Numbered from the whole stretch's first letter, positions 8,940-20,402 are shown. The stretch: DNA of 62,272 nt, filler included, from Nitrospinota bacterium (GCA_030620925.1; 8 parts of 8 records of this genome joined end to end with filler, not necessarily neighbours in it); one strand, 5' to 3'. Made by a program: numbers and translations. Notes: generated by a model from the letters alone, not told the origin.

Positions 8940-10094
8940 TTGAAGAAGCTGACTTGCATAAAGGATTATCTGATGACGCCCGGCCCCACGCCCGTCCACC
9001 CCAGGGCGCTGGCCGAGATGTCCAAACCCGTCATCCACCACCGCACCCCGGCCTACAACGAGATGTTTCAGGAGGTGCGCGACGGGCTTCAGTATCTCTT
9101 TCAGACCGATGACCCGGTGATGGTTCTGGCGTCCTCGGGCACCGGCGGCATGGAAGGGGCGGTCAGCAACTTCCTATGCAAGGGGGACAAGGCGCTGGTG
9201 GTCAGAGGGGGCAAATTCGGGGACCGCTGGTCCGAGATATGCCGCTCCTTCGGAGTTGAGGCTATAGACCTGGAGGTGGAATGGGGCTCATCGGTGGAGC
9301 CCGACCGCGTGGCGCACCTCATGGAGAAGGAAGGAGACGTGCGGGCTGTCCTGGTACAGGCCAGCGAGACTTCCACAGGGGCCTGTCACCCCGTGGACGC
9401 CCTGGGCCGGATCGTGGGACAGTATCCTGAGACATTGCTCATAGTGGACGGGATTACCGCCATCGGCGTACACGATATAAGGACCCGGGAATGGGGGCTG
9501 GACGTGGTGGTGACCGGCTCGCAGAAGGGCCTGATGATGCCCCCCGGGCTTTCGATGATCAGCGTGAGCGAGAAAGCCTGGGGCATGGCCGAGCGTTCCG
9601 ACCTCCCCAGGTATTACTTCGATCTCCGCAAGGAAAGAAAGAGCCTGAGCAAGAACCAGAACGCCTATACACCCGCCGTCTCTCTGATGGTGGGCCTCAG
9701 GGAGGTGCTGGCCGAGATAAGAGCCGAGGGGCTTGAGAACATATTTCAGCGGCACGAGACGTTGGCCCGGGCCGCACGCGCCGCAGTGGAGGCCCTGGGC
9801 CTTGAGCTTTTCGCAAGGGGCATCCCCAGCAATGCCCTCACCGCCGTCTGCACGCCGGAGGGAATAGACGGGCAGGAAGTGGTGAAGACGCTGCGGGGAG
9901 AATACGGCGTCTCCGTGGCCGGCGGCCAGGAGAAGGCGAAAGGGAAAATATTCCGTATCTCACACATGGGCTATGTGGGGGCCTTCGACCTAATCACCGC
10001 CGTTTCGGCGGTGGAAATGGGCCTCAAACAGATGGGTTATTCCCTTGAGCTGGGTGCCGGGGTGCGCGCCGCCGAAGAAGTGCTCATGTCCTAG
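8940..10094 (+). CDS. Class V PLP aminotransferase (serine-pyruvate/alanine-glyoxylate family; likely phosphoserine aminotransferase role)
   Basis: [46 protein letters not shown]; directly upstream of serA. Confidence 0.88.
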   Translation: MKKLTCIKDYLMTPGPTPVHPRALAEMSKPVIHHRTPAYNEMFQEVRDGLQYLFQTDDPVMVLASSGTGGMEGAVSNFLCKGDKALVVRGGKFGDRWSEICRSFGVEAIDLEVEWGSSVEPDRVAHLMEKEGDVRAVLVQASETSTGACHPVDALGRIVGQYPETLLIVDGITAIGVHDIRTREWGLDVVVTGSQKGLMMPPGLSMISVSEKAWGMAERSDLPRYYFDLRKERKSLSKNQNAYTPAVSLMVGLREVLAEIRAEGLENIFQRHETLARAARAAVEALGLELFARGIPSNALTAVCTPEGIDGQEVVKTLRGEYGVSVAGGQEKAKGKIFRISHMGYVGAFDLITAVSAVEMGLKQMGYSLELGAGVRAAEEVLMS

Positions 10095-10141
10095 TGTAAG
10101 GGCGTAGGCCTGTCTGAAAGTGGAAATAGGGAAAGTTTACG

Positions 10142-11728
<1,587 letters not shown>

Positions 11729-11787
11729 ATACCCGCCTTCTTATACACCTTGTGTGGAATGTTTTGACGACTGAGTTGAGGTAAAGT

Positions 11788-13077
11788 ATGCCTACCGTGG
11801 CGATTGTCGGCGCCCAATGGGGCGACGAAGGAAAAGGGAAAATTGTAGACGCCATCTCAGGGGAAGCTCAACTTATAGCCAGGTACCAGGGCGGGCCCAA
11901 CGCCGGCCATACGGTGGTTATAGGCGAGGAGAAGTATATCTTCCATCACATCCCTTCAGGTATCCTGCGCCCCGGGAAAAAATGCGTGATCGGTAACGGG
12001 GTCGTGGTGGATATGCAGACCCTGGTTAAAGAGATAGAAGGCCTGGAATCCTGTGGTCTTACTATCCAGGGCAGGCTGTTCATAAGCGAGAGAGTCCACC
12101 TCATCTTACCCTACCACAAGGTGCAGGACGTCGAGGCGGAGAATCGAAAATCGGAAAGTAAAATAGGCACCACCGGCCGGGGAATAGGGCCTACATACGC
12201 CGATAAGGCTGCCCGCACTGGGATCAGAATGGGCGACCTTGCCGACGAAAAGCTTTTCGGTGAGAAACTGAGGAACTGCCTTGATGAAAAAAACGTACTA
12301 CTGGAAAGGATATACGAAGTCCGGGGGCCCGGGTACCAGGAACTCTATGAAGAATACTTGAGCTTGAGCAGGAAAATCCGCCCCTATATCACCGATACCG
12401 GCGAAATGCTGCGTCAGGCCATCGCCCGCGGCGAGAACGTCCTGATAGAAGGGGCGCAGGGGACCATGCTGGACATCGATCAGGGGACGTATCCCTACGT
12501 CACCTCCTCTAATTCGACCATCGGAGGCGCCTGCACCGGCCTGGGTATTCCCCCCAGCTCCATAAACTCGGTAATCGGGGTAATGAAAGCCTATACCACG
12601 CGAGTGGGTATGGGTCCATTCCCCACAGAGCTCAATGACAGCATGGGCGATTTGCTCAGAGATCGGGGAGGAGAGTACGGCTCGACCACCGGGCGTCCCA
12701 GGCGCTGCGGCTGGTTCGATGCGGTGGTGGTCGGACTGGCGGCGGAGCTCAACGGCCTGGACGGCCTGGCGGTCACCAAGCTGGATGTACTCGACCAGTG
12801 CCGGGAGATCAAGGTATGCACCACGTACCTTCTTGACGGAGAGATAGTCGACCGGGTTCCGACTGACGCCGAAGCCCTGGCCCGCTGTGAGCCGGTCTAT
12901 GAAACGCTGCCCGGTTGGATGTCAAATACAGTGGGTGTCAGAAACTGGGATCAGCTTCCGGAAGAAGCCAGGAGTTACCTGAGACGACTTGAGGAGATAC
13001 TGCAGACCAGGATAGTGCTCGTCTCCACCGGCGCCGAGCGGGAGGAGTTGATCGACCTGAAATTCTCCTGGCTCTGA
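11788..13077 (+). CDS. purA: Adenylosuccinate synthetase
   Basis: GAQWGDEGKGK, GGPNAGHT, EGAQG, TTGRPRRCGWFD. Confidence 0.97.
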   Translation: MPTVAIVGAQWGDEGKGKIVDAISGEAQLIARYQGGPNAGHTVVIGEEKYIFHHIPSGILRPGKKCVIGNGVVVDMQTLVKEIEGLESCGLTIQGRLFISERVHLILPYHKVQDVEAENRKSESKIGTTGRGIGPTYADKAARTGIRMGDLADEKLFGEKLRNCLDEKNVLLERIYEVRGPGYQELYEEYLSLSRKIRPYITDTGEMLRQAIARGENVLIEGAQGTMLDIDQGTYPYVTSSNSTIGGACTGLGIPPSSINSVIGVMKAYTTRVGMGPFPTELNDSMGDLLRDRGGEYGSTTGRPRRCGWFDAVVVGLAAELNGLDGLAVTKLDVLDQCREIKVCTTYLLDGEIVDRVPTDAEALARCEPVYETLPGWMSNTVGVRNWDQLPEEARSYLRRLEEILQTRIVLVSTGAEREELIDLKFSWL

Positions 13078-13208
13078 ACGTGAAGACCGATGGGGATAAA
13101 ACCTTCCGCATTATCACGCTTAAGGGGTTTTACTAACGGTCTCTCTCATGAGGGATGGATGCCGGGGAGAAGGGGGGCTGAGAGCACTCTAAACGAGGAG
13201 GCAAAGTT

Positions 13209-14642
13209 ATGGCATTGAGAACGGGAGATCAATACGCTGAAAAGCTGACCAAAATGCAGCCCAATGTCTACGTGGGTGGAAGAAAAATCACCAGGGATGA
13301 CGAACTGTTGCAGCCCGCCATTAACACCATCAAGTTCACCTTCGCCGCCGCCACCGACCCTGAGTTTTCCGAGATGGCATGCGCCAAGTCGCACCTGACC
13401 GGGGAGACCATAAGCCGCTTCACCCACGTGCACCGCAGCATCGAAGACCTGATGGTGAAGCAGGAGATGACCCGCGTCCTGTGCCGGAAGGTGGGGGGCT
13501 GCATTCAGCGGTGCATGGCCGCCGATGCTCTGAACGGTGTGGGCGTCGTCTCCAAGGAGATAGACGATGCCAAAGGGACCAATTACCATGACAACTTCCT
13601 GAAGTTCCTGGAATATTACCAGAAAAACGATGTGGTGGGGAACGCCGCCCAGACCGACGTCAAAGGCGACCGCAGCAAACGGCCCCATCAGCAGGAAGAC
13701 CTCGACCTCTACCTGAGGGTAGTCGAGCGCAAGTCGGACGGCATCGTGGTGCGCGGCGCCAAGGCGCATAACACCATCGCCCCCTACGCCGATGAGTTGA
13801 TCGTGCTTCCCACCAGGAACCTGACCAAGGAGGAGGGGGACTGGGCGGTGGCATTCGCCATTCCGGCGGATACGGAGGGGGTCAAGCTCATTTGCCGTGT
13901 TAGCGCCCCCCGCCAGCGGCGCGAACTTAAAGCACCTTTCAACACTTACGGGATGGCCGATTCCATGACCGTTTTCGACGATGTGTTCGTTCCCTGGGAG
14001 CGGGTGTTCATGTGCGGCGAGTGGGAGTTAGGCGCCCGCCTGGCGCTCCTCTTCGCCAATTACCATCGGCACACCTACTGCGGGTGCAAACCCGCCGTAA
14101 CGGATATCATTATGGGAGCGACGGCCCTGCTTGCGGAGTACAACGGCGTGGGGAACGCTTCCCACATCAGGGAAGAGATTTCCGAGCTGATGGTGATAGC
14201 CGAGCTGGTTTTTGCGGCGGGTATAGCGGCATCGGTTAAGGGGAAGGCCACCTCGTCGGGCATCTATGAGCCTGATTTCCTCTATTCCAATACCGGCCGG
14301 TACCTGGCGGGGAAGAACATCTACCATGAGTACGATATCATGGCCGCCACCGCCGGAGGGCTTCCCGCAACCATACCCCCGGAGGATGATTTCCTGAACC
14401 CTGAGATATCCGAATACCTCCACAAATATATCATGCGCAAGCCGGACGTCTCCTCTGAAAAGGTGCACCGTCTGTTCCGCTTCGTTTCGGATTTCTCATG
14501 TTCTGCCTTCGGTGGCGTCAATCAGTACGCCGGGGTACACGGAGGCGGTTCGCCCATCATGGAGAAGATAGGCATCAGGGCCAACTACGATCTCGAAGCC
14601 AGGAAAGATATGGTGAAGTACCTGGCCGGTATAACCGACTGA
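13209..14642 (+). CDS. 4-hydroxybutyryl-CoA dehydratase family protein ([4Fe-4S]/FAD radical dehydratase)
   Basis: CIQRC, QTDVKGDRSKRP, RGAKAH, HRHTYCGCK and HGGGSP match AbfD; the cluster ligands are retained. Confidence 0.85.
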   Translation: MALRTGDQYAEKLTKMQPNVYVGGRKITRDDELLQPAINTIKFTFAAATDPEFSEMACAKSHLTGETISRFTHVHRSIEDLMVKQEMTRVLCRKVGGCIQRCMAADALNGVGVVSKEIDDAKGTNYHDNFLKFLEYYQKNDVVGNAAQTDVKGDRSKRPHQQEDLDLYLRVVERKSDGIVVRGAKAHNTIAPYADELIVLPTRNLTKEEGDWAVAFAIPADTEGVKLICRVSAPRQRRELKAPFNTYGMADSMTVFDDVFVPWERVFMCGEWELGARLALLFANYHRHTYCGCKPAVTDIIMGATALLAEYNGVGNASHIREEISELMVIAELVFAAGIAASVKGKATSSGIYEPDFLYSNTGRYLAGKNIYHEYDIMAATAGGLPATIPPEDDFLNPEISEYLHKYIMRKPDVSSEKVHRLFRFVSDFSCSAFGGVNQYAGVHGGGSPIMEKIGIRANYDLEARKDMVKYLAGITD

Positions 14643-14839
14643 GAAGGCGTCGGGCCGGCTTTTTACAGGGGAAAATAGGGGCCGGATCCCCCAGGGGGTT
14701 CTGCCCCGTTTATTAATAAATTAAGGACATCTTGCGAAGGGGAGAGTCGCAATATGCCCCTGCCTTTATTTATCTATGGAAATCCGGCTCGTCTCAGAGG
14801 CATCCTCGAGAAAAACCGGGGACCTAAGAAAAATTAGAG

Positions 14840-14868
14840 TTGACACCGATAACAGCGCATTATAGAGT
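14840..14868 (+). promoter_or_regulatory. Sigma70-type promoter
   Basis: TTGACA-N17-TAGAGT upstream of the 15004 operon. Confidence 0.6.
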
Positions 14869-15003
14869 TGCGTGGGGTGTATTGGATACGCCCCAACTTG
14901 TCCGAATGGAAGGGAACAGATTTAGGAAGGGGGAATTTCGACGTACCCCGCGGACGCCTGACCGCTGGACCTAAATTCCAAGGAATGTCTGGAGGGACAA
15001 TGT

Positions 15004-15858
15004 ATGTGTGAAGGTTGTGAAATGTATGGGAAAGACGGGGGATACTGGTATTTGAACCCGGAAAACTTTGCACGGCGGATTTACAAATGGCGTAAGACCG
15101 CCGCCGACGCCAAGACGGGTGCAGGGGAGAACCCCGCCGCCGAGGCCGGAGACGCCTCCATGATAGGTGAGATGGGCTCCATGGCGGCTGCCAACATAGA
15201 CATGAAGGTGCTGGACCCCGAACAGTACACCAGAAGGGTGGCGGAGGAAGGGAAAAAGTTCAGGGGTCTTGCACAGGTCATAATGCTGGAAGAAGCCCAG
15301 GAGATGATGGAGCTCTGCTGGCCTATTACCGCCATGACCTGCGCCTGCCGCCGCCAGACCAAGGGGGTCAAGGACGAAGAGAACTTCTCCTGCATGGGCA
15401 TGGGCCCGGGCATGTACAAGTGGGAGAGATGGCCGCAGATTTATCACGGCGGCGTGCAGTTTCTCACCCCGGATGAGGCCAAGAGTTTTCTGGCCAAGCT
15501 GAACAAGATAGGGCTGGTGCATATAGCCGAGACCCACGGAGCTCCTTACACGGGGGGCATCTGCAACTGTGAGATGCCGCTGTGCAGTCAGCTTCGGGCC
15601 AGGCTGGAGCACGACGTCCCCTTCTCGGTCAACAAGGGCCATTACCTCGCAGAGATAGACCCTGAAGCCTGCACCGGCTGTCTCCAGTGCATGACACGCT
15701 GCCACTTTGACGCCCTGCATCTTCATTCCGGGACGCGCACGGTGGCGGTCGACGCCTTCAAATGTTTCGGCTGCGGAAACTGTCGCACCCCCTGCCCGGC
15801 AGATTGCATATCCATGGTAGAGAGGGTCGAGGTACCGGCGGTTAAAGATATGTGGTAA
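15004..15858 (+). CDS. Multi-Cys 4Fe-4S binding protein of unknown function
   Basis: N-terminal CEGC, CACRR, GLVH...ICNC, and a C-terminal 2x[4Fe-4S] ferredoxin (CTGCLQCMTRC, CFGCGNCRTPCP). Confidence 0.8.
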   Translation: MCEGCEMYGKDGGYWYLNPENFARRIYKWRKTAADAKTGAGENPAAEAGDASMIGEMGSMAAANIDMKVLDPEQYTRRVAEEGKKFRGLAQVIMLEEAQEMMELCWPITAMTCACRRQTKGVKDEENFSCMGMGPGMYKWERWPQIYHGGVQFLTPDEAKSFLAKLNKIGLVHIAETHGAPYTGGICNCEMPLCSQLRARLEHDVPFSVNKGHYLAEIDPEACTGCLQCMTRCHFDALHLHSGTRTVAVDAFKCFGCGNCRTPCPADCISMVERVEVPAVKDMW

Positions 15859-15874
15859 TAGAGGGAGGGAAATT

Positions 15875-16129
15875 ATGCCAGCTACCAGGACACTTCCGAA
15901 AATAGAGATAGAACAAGACAAGTGCATCAGCCCGCTCAAGTGCGGGAAATGTCTACAGGTATGCCCTACCGTGGTTCTGTATTCAATTCCCAAGCAAAAT
16001 GAGAAATTCCACGAGTGCTCCTATGATGACTTCACGCTAGTAGTCAACAACAGGCCCGCCTGCCAGGCTTGCATGAAGTGCGTCGAAGTCTGTCCCGTGG
16101 ATTGCATTAAGATAGAGTACGAGGGCTGA
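15875..16129 (+). CDS. Ferredoxin (2x[4Fe-4S] type)
   Basis: CISPLKCGKCLQVCP and CQACMKCVEVCP. Confidence 0.85.
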   Translation: MPATRTLPKIEIEQDKCISPLKCGKCLQVCPTVVLYSIPKQNEKFHECSYDDFTLVVNNRPACQACMKCVEVCPVDCIKIEYEG

Positions 16130-16189
16130 AAGGTTACTTTAAGTTTTTCAGAATACTCCAACAGTGAATGAATTGAGAGGAGGATTTTC

Positions 16190-16837
16190 ATGGTAATGGG
16201 AAAACCGGAGAAACCATGGAATAATATCGCCCCCAAGCCGGATACCGACAGGCTGCTCACGCTTGACCCCCGGAACTTAGGGATGATAGAGAACGTGGGC
16301 GTCGGTGCTGAGTACGACTTCGATGCCGATAGGGCGTTGATAGACGGCGTGACTGACAAGAACGATTTCCAGAGTCTCATCAAAGAGCTTACAGGCAAAG
16401 ATGATAAGGCGACCAGGAAGCTGTTCTCCAACTTCGGCAAGGAACTCATGGCTAAAGTCGCTGAAGTGGGTGAGAAGAATAAGGACAGGGCCTGGGAGAT
16501 GGTAGAAATCTGCGCCAAGCAGACGGGCCTCTCTTTTCCGCACCTGTTGCAGGTCTATGTGGAGCTGTTTACGCTCTGCTCCAGGCCCGTGGATAAATGG
16601 TCCATCGTCGAGAGCCATATCCGCAAAATGCGTATTCAGCAGTATACCTGCAGCTATCTTAAAGCCCAGGAGGATGCAGGGCTGAGCACTGAAAAGCTCC
16701 CCTGTCAAGCCCTGTGTATTTCCGCCTTTGAACATGCCGCTAAGGAGAACAAAGTACCGGCAAAGGTGGAGTTGACCAAGCAGATTCCCAAAGACCAAGC
16801 CTGCGAGTTTACCTTCACCGCACGCTACGAAGTGTAA
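16190..16837 (+). CDS. Hypothetical protein with a Cys-containing V4R/ATC-hydrolase-like C-terminal domain
   Basis: RBS GAGGAGG; pattern QYTCSY...AGL...PCQALC...ACEFTF resembles V4R/DUF6125-type domains (recognised by eye). Confidence 0.55.
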   Translation: MVMGKPEKPWNNIAPKPDTDRLLTLDPRNLGMIENVGVGAEYDFDADRALIDGVTDKNDFQSLIKELTGKDDKATRKLFSNFGKELMAKVAEVGEKNKDRAWEMVEICAKQTGLSFPHLLQVYVELFTLCSRPVDKWSIVESHIRKMRIQQYTCSYLKAQEDAGLSTEKLPCQALCISAFEHAAKENKVPAKVELTKQIPKDQACEFTFTARYEV

Positions 16838-16863
16838 ACAAACTTAATATAGGCCGATGCAGA

Positions 16864-16898
16864 GGGCAGGAGAGATAAACTCTCTCCTGCCTTTTTTT
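16864..16898 (+). terminator. Intrinsic terminator
   Basis: GGCAGGAGAGA-TAAAC-TCTCTCCTGCC followed by a T-run. Confidence 0.85.
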
Positions 16899-17049
16899 GC
16901 TCGGATTGATGCGAAAATAACAGCGCTGTAAAGATTTTTGCCGATAATGCCGTTAAAAAATTCTGGTCAAGCACAATATGATATATTATTAATTAACAGA
17001 ATTACAGTCTTTGTGAATTTACTCTAATGCCTCACAACCGGAGCACTCC

Positions 17050-17751
17050 ATGATATTCGAAATGCACTGTCATACCCGCTACGGCTCCTCCTGCAGTTAC
17101 ATGTCGCCTGATGAACTGGTGAAGAAGGGGGCAGAGGTGGGATTGGACGGAGTGTGCATCACCGAGCACGACATCCCCTGGGACAAAAAAGCAACGGAAG
17201 AGCTTTCAAACCGATTTGGCATCCTGGTCATCGGGGGTATGGAGGTCAGCACGCCGTACGGTGAGGTGCTGGTCTGGGGACTGCACGAGCCTATCTTCGA
17301 TGTGGAGGATATCTATGAGCTTCGCCGCCGGGTGGACAGAGCAGGCGGAGTTATGGTCGCAGCTCATCCCTTTCGCGGGGCACACACTTTCATACGCTGG
17401 GACCCCGTTGAGGGGATGATCCCCAAGATAGACGAGGCCCTTCAACTGCCCATCTTCAAGGCAGTGGATGGAATGGAAGTATTCAACGGTATGGCCCCCA
17501 ACTGGGAGCTCGATCTGAGCAGCGCCGTTTGTGACAACCTGCCAATCATGGGTACCGGCGGGAGCGATGCACACAACGTGGAAGCGGTCGGCGACTGTGT
17601 CACCGTCCTTCAAAAACGTGTGACTACCGAGGAACAGTTTTTCGATGAAATAAGGGAAGGCAGGTATTGCGCCCAGCACAGGTTGCTCGACCGGTTCTAC
17701 CCCGATAACGGAGTCGTTCCATCATCGGGAGAGGGACAATCTGATGCATGA
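17050..17751 (+). CDS. PHP domain metal-dependent phosphoesterase
   Basis: MHCHT, CITEHD, GMEVST, AAHPFR, GGSDAH. Confidence 0.88.
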   Translation: MIFEMHCHTRYGSSCSYMSPDELVKKGAEVGLDGVCITEHDIPWDKKATEELSNRFGILVIGGMEVSTPYGEVLVWGLHEPIFDVEDIYELRRRVDRAGGVMVAAHPFRGAHTFIRWDPVEGMIPKIDEALQLPIFKAVDGMEVFNGMAPNWELDLSSAVCDNLPIMGTGGSDAHNVEAVGDCVTVLQKRVTTEEQFFDEIREGRYCAQHRLLDRFYPDNGVVPSSGEGQSDA

Positions 17752-17998
17752 TAACCATGAGCCTACGTGCTCCTTCTGCGCCAAGTTTGTGCTGCCATAC
17801 AGTGAAGGCCTGCTGGCCGACTGGGGCTACTGTGGCGAGGAGATGAAAGGGTGTGAGCCATCGCCGGAGGAGCTCAAAGAGGTAGAGGAAGAGGTAAAGA
17901 GCGGAGACAACAGCTTTCTCACCAAGGGGGCCATTCCGTTGTATCAGGCACTGGGCGAGGGATGCGACAAATTTGAAGATGTAGGCAGCCACCACTAA
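17744..17998 (+). CDS. Small acidic Cys-rich hypothetical protein
   Basis: Overlaps the PHP stop (translational coupling); CSFC...WGYC...GC...GCDKF. Confidence 0.6.
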   Translation: MHDNHEPTCSFCAKFVLPYSEGLLADWGYCGEEMKGCEPSPEELKEVEEEVKSGDNSFLTKGAIPLYQALGEGCDKFEDVGSHH

Positions 17999-18034
17999 GG
18001 CCGTCAACCCCCCTGCAGGGGAGCCTTCCCCATT

Positions 18035-18057
18035 GCAGGAGCGCCTTCCAGGCGCGA
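18035..18057 (+). repeat. REP-like extragenic palindrome
   Basis: GCAGGAGCGCCTTCCAGGCGCGA, same architecture as 57780-57802. Confidence 0.45.
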
Positions 18058-18292
18058 AAGACCAAACTAGAAGAGACGGTCTCCCTTCTTCAGCCCAATC
18101 CGCCCGAAATAAATAATTCCGTTGATAGGGGCGGCGTCTTGATACCCCTGTTAATTTCCGTACCTTGTTCACTCCACGCTATTATTCCTTTCGTATCCCG
18201 TTCCCCTTTAGTATAATAGCAACCGCATTTTTCGGAGGGGTGGCTTTGGAGAAAATCCGGCATAAATGGATAACATTAAGAGGGGAGGGGTA

Positions 18293-19084
18293 ATGTCCGA
18301 GGACATATTACTTGTTGATAAGAAAGATATGGTCTGCACGCTGACGCTCAATCGGCCAGCTAAGCGCAACTCGCTTTCACCCGCCCTGTTGTTCAGGCTG
18401 GCCGATGCTTTGAACGAATTGAACGAGGACGACGACATACGCTGCGTGGTGATAAAAGGGGCAGGAGACAAGGCGTTTTCGGCAGGGTACGACATCCGCG
18501 AGATACCCAACACACCCGAAGACAGGGAGCGACTCCAGCAGACCAACCCTCTGCCGACAGGTCTGAAGGCGGTAACCGATTACAAATACCCCGTTATCGC
18601 CATGATAAACGGCTACGCAGTGGGTGCGGGCTGCGAACTGTCGGTGACCTGTGATCTCAGGTTAGCCTCGGAGAAGTCAATCCTGGGGATGCCCCCCGCC
18701 AAGCTGGGCGTTCTTTACAGCGCCAGCGGGATGCAGCGCTTCATTAACCTCATCGGATTGGGTAACACCAAGGAGATATTTTACACCGGAAGGCTGGTCG
18801 ACGCCCAGCGCGCCCTGCAGATGGGGTTGATAAATCAGCTCTTGCCTGAGTCTGAGCTGGAGGCTGTTACCTACGAAATGGCGGCGGAGATAGCCGGTAA
18901 CGCACCCCTTTCGGTGAGCAATACCAAGAAAGGGCTGGAGCTTGTTCTAAACTATCAGTCCATGAACTCCGAGGGCCAGAATCTTTACAGCACCATGGTG
19001 GAGCAGTGTTTCAGCAGCGATGATATGAAGGAGGGGCAAAAGGCTTTCCTGGAGAAACGAAAGCCCAAATTCATCGGCCGTTAG
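18293..19084 (+). CDS. Enoyl-CoA hydratase/isomerase (crotonase) family protein
   Basis: LNRPAKRNSL, AFSAGYDI, INGYAVGAGCEL, AFLEKRKPKF. Start ATG 18293 with GGAGG. Confidence 0.9.
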   Translation: MSEDILLVDKKDMVCTLTLNRPAKRNSLSPALLFRLADALNELNEDDDIRCVVIKGAGDKAFSAGYDIREIPNTPEDRERLQQTNPLPTGLKAVTDYKYPVIAMINGYAVGAGCELSVTCDLRLASEKSILGMPPAKLGVLYSASGMQRFINLIGLGNTKEIFYTGRLVDAQRALQMGLINQLLPESELEAVTYEMAAEIAGNAPLSVSNTKKGLELVLNYQSMNSEGQNLYSTMVEQCFSSDDMKEGQKAFLEKRKPKFIGR

Positions 19085-19298
19085 ATACAAACCGCAGCGA
19101 TATTCCACCAATAGGTAAACTATTGAAAAGCACAGGGTTTGCTAATGTTAATCAATAATATACCATGTTAAATTTTACTTGACAGCGGCCTGACACCAAT
19201 AATAGAATCAGGCCGTTTTTTACGTACGAATTAAAGACATTCCGGCGGTAATTCAACGGTAGGTGAAGGGTAAAAGCTGATATATGGGGGGAGCGGCG

Positions 19299-20402
19299 AT
19301 GTTAGACGAGTTCAGGGAAGCGTTCGATAAGCGGTATGAGACGGTGAAGGAGGAAAAGGCTAACGGTAAAGGGGCCGTGGGCTGGATGTGCAACTACGTC
19401 CCTGAGGAAATCTTCCACGCCGCGGGCTACAATCCCATTCGGGTGTTGGGCAAAGAGGGGGAGACCACCATGGCCGACGCCTACCTCTATACCAACATGT
19501 GCACCCTGGTGCGGAGCTGCCTGGAGGAGGGTTTCAATAAGGGATTCGATTTTTTAGACGGTATGGTGGCCGTGAACACCTGCGATCATGTGCGCCGCTT
19601 CTACGATGTATGGAGCAGATATATCCCCACGCCTTTCATCCACGAGCTGTTCGTGCCCCACAAAGTAAATGAGCACTCGGAGAGATTCTTCACTGAGGAA
19701 GTAACCCAGCTCAAAGAGAAATTCGAAGAATATAGCGGGAAAAAAATCACCGACGATAAGCTCTCAGAGTCCATCAAGCTCTATAACAGGGCCCGGAGCC
19801 TGCTTCGGGAGATATCCGAGACCCGCAAGGCCGATCCCCCGCCCATAACCGGCGAGGAATTTCTTGAAGTGATGCTGCCCGGGCTTGTGCTGCCAAAAGA
19901 GAAACATGTAGAGATGCTCGAGGGCTACTTACAGGAGCTGAAAGGTAAGAAGGCAGAGGATGACGACAGGCTCCGCATTTATCTGCTGGGCAGCGAGTTG
20001 GACAACACTGAGTATATCAGGATCATAGAGGATGCGGGCGGCCTTGTGGTCGCCGATGACCTGTGCACCGGCGCCAAGTACTTCCTGGACGACGTGGAGG
20101 AGAACGGGGATCCCGTGGCCGCCATATCCCGGAGGTATCTGAAGAGGGCCGAGTGCCCCAGGATGCGGCCCGCAGACACGCGCCTGAAGCGGATCGCCGA
20201 TACCATCGAAGAATACGATATCGACGCGGTGGTCCTGGAAGTCATCAAGTTCTGCAACCTCTACGGCGAGGATTACCCGATACTGAAGAAGGCGCTGGAC
20301 AAGCTGGATGTCCCCGTGCTCATGATAAGCAGGGAGTATTCCACTGCCGGAGTGGGCCAGATAAGGACCAGAGTGGAAGCTTTCTTTGAAAGCATAACCT
20401 GA
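19299..20402 (+). CDS. 2-hydroxyacyl-CoA dehydratase / class I benzoyl-CoA reductase BcrC/HgdB-type subunit
   Basis: YVPEEIFHAAG, NMCTLVRS, NTCDHVRR, DDLCTG, KFCNLY, GQIRTRVEAF. Confidence 0.85.
   Translation: MLDEFREAFDKRYETVKEEKANGKGAVGWMCNYVPEEIFHAAGYNPIRVLGKEGETTMADAYLYTNMCTLVRSCLEEGFNKGFDFLDGMVAVNTCDHVRRFYDVWSRYIPTPFIHELFVPHKVNEHSERFFTEEVTQLKEKFEEYSGKKITDDKLSESIKLYNRARSLLREISETRKADPPPITGEEFLEVMLPGLVLPKEKHVEMLEGYLQELKGKKAEDDDRLRIYLLGSELDNTEYIRIIEDAGGLVVADDLCTGAKYFLDDVEENGDPVAAISRRYLKRAECPRMRPADTRLKRIADTIEEYDIDAVVLEVIKFCNLYGEDYPILKKALDKLDVPVLMISREYSTAGVGQIRTRVEAFFESIT

Noticed and set aside
13209..14642. Annotation as 4-hydroxyphenylacetate 3-monooxygenase
   Set aside because: The [4Fe-4S] ligand motifs (CxxxC, H..C) specific to the dehydratase branch are present.
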